DNA from: Lama glama
Taxonomy: Eukaryota
Direction of reading: 5' to 3'
DNA length: 64,000 nucleotides
Assembly (NCBI GenBank): GCA_028534125.1
Contig: CM052816.1
Span: 25,050,001 to 25,114,000 of the forward strand
Numbering within the stretch: position 1 is the stretch's first letter; every line of letters begins with the position of its first letter. The notes under the pieces are model-generated. The model made no database searches. It saw only the letters and a list, made by a program, of their open reading frames with translations, and had not been told where the DNA came from. Positions 63,618 to 64,000 of the stretch are shown piece by piece. The position numbers and the translations under genes were made by a program.

Positions 63618-63760
63618 AACATTTATTAAGAGCCCATTAAGTGCCAGGCATTGTACTGTACTTTTTAAAAGAGATTATCTCCACGAAAATCCTAAAATGT
63701 AGATACCATTATTAATCTCATTGTATAAATGGGGGAAATGAGAGTCAGTAATCCAGCAAC
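63618..63760 (-). mobile_element. MIR
   Basis: 'catttattaagagcccattaagtgccaggcattgtact...gtagataccattattaatctcattgtataaatgggggaaatgag'. Confidence 0.7.
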
Positions 63761-64000
63761 AGTGTACATTTGGAATGTAGCTTACAGCTCAAAATAAAAA
63801 TTTTCATACCTTATGTGTAGAAACCAGATGTTTACTAAGCTTCCTCCCTTTCCTTCCAAGGACATCATTCTCTGATTACAGGGTCCAATAGAAATTTACT
63901 GTCTCATGCATTTCCCCTCAGCATTTTACGACTCCTGGCTACCATCTCTAGTCCAAGTGTCATTAGCTGGAAAGAATGAAGTAGAGCAAGCAGTGATGTA

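Noticed and set aside
1..64000. CRISPR array, prokaryotic operon or defence system, CpG-island promoter, rRNA
   Set aside because: The sequence is mammalian repeat-rich DNA. There is no regularly spaced repeat-spacer array, no gene-dense ORF structure, no CpG island and no rRNA similarity.

Overview
AT-rich, CpG-poor mammalian genomic DNA with no protein-coding exon I can recognise. The supplied ORFs are either chance ORFs or decayed LINE-1 ORF1/ORF2 and ERVL pro/pol fragments. A tRNA-derived SINE at 48973-49061 resembles the camelid Vic-1 SINE, and the young L1 3' UTRs are of cetartiodactyl type, so the source is most likely a camelid (camel/alpaca/llama); this is an inference. The window is dominated by interspersed repeats: about 9 young L1 fragments, older L1M/HAL1-like pieces, L2, MIR, MaLR (MLT1) LTRs, LTR33, an LTR16/ERVL proviral remnant, a MER41-like ERV1 LTR, and hAT-Charlie DNA transposons (MER5A, MER33, Charlie4a). 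Most L1s and LTRs lie on the minus strand, which suggests a large intron of a plus-strand gene. The most notable structures are: a four-level nested repeat stack at 46-52 kb containing a chimeric insert (MIR-like piece fused to an L1 3' end), a perfect 44-bp AT palindrome, a GAS/AP-1-bearing MER41-like LTR, and several repeat-free blocks with motif clusters (candidate enhancers). I found no evidence for a novel multi-gene system. Repeat family names are from recalled consensus resemblance, not from a database search, and boundaries of old elements are approximate.
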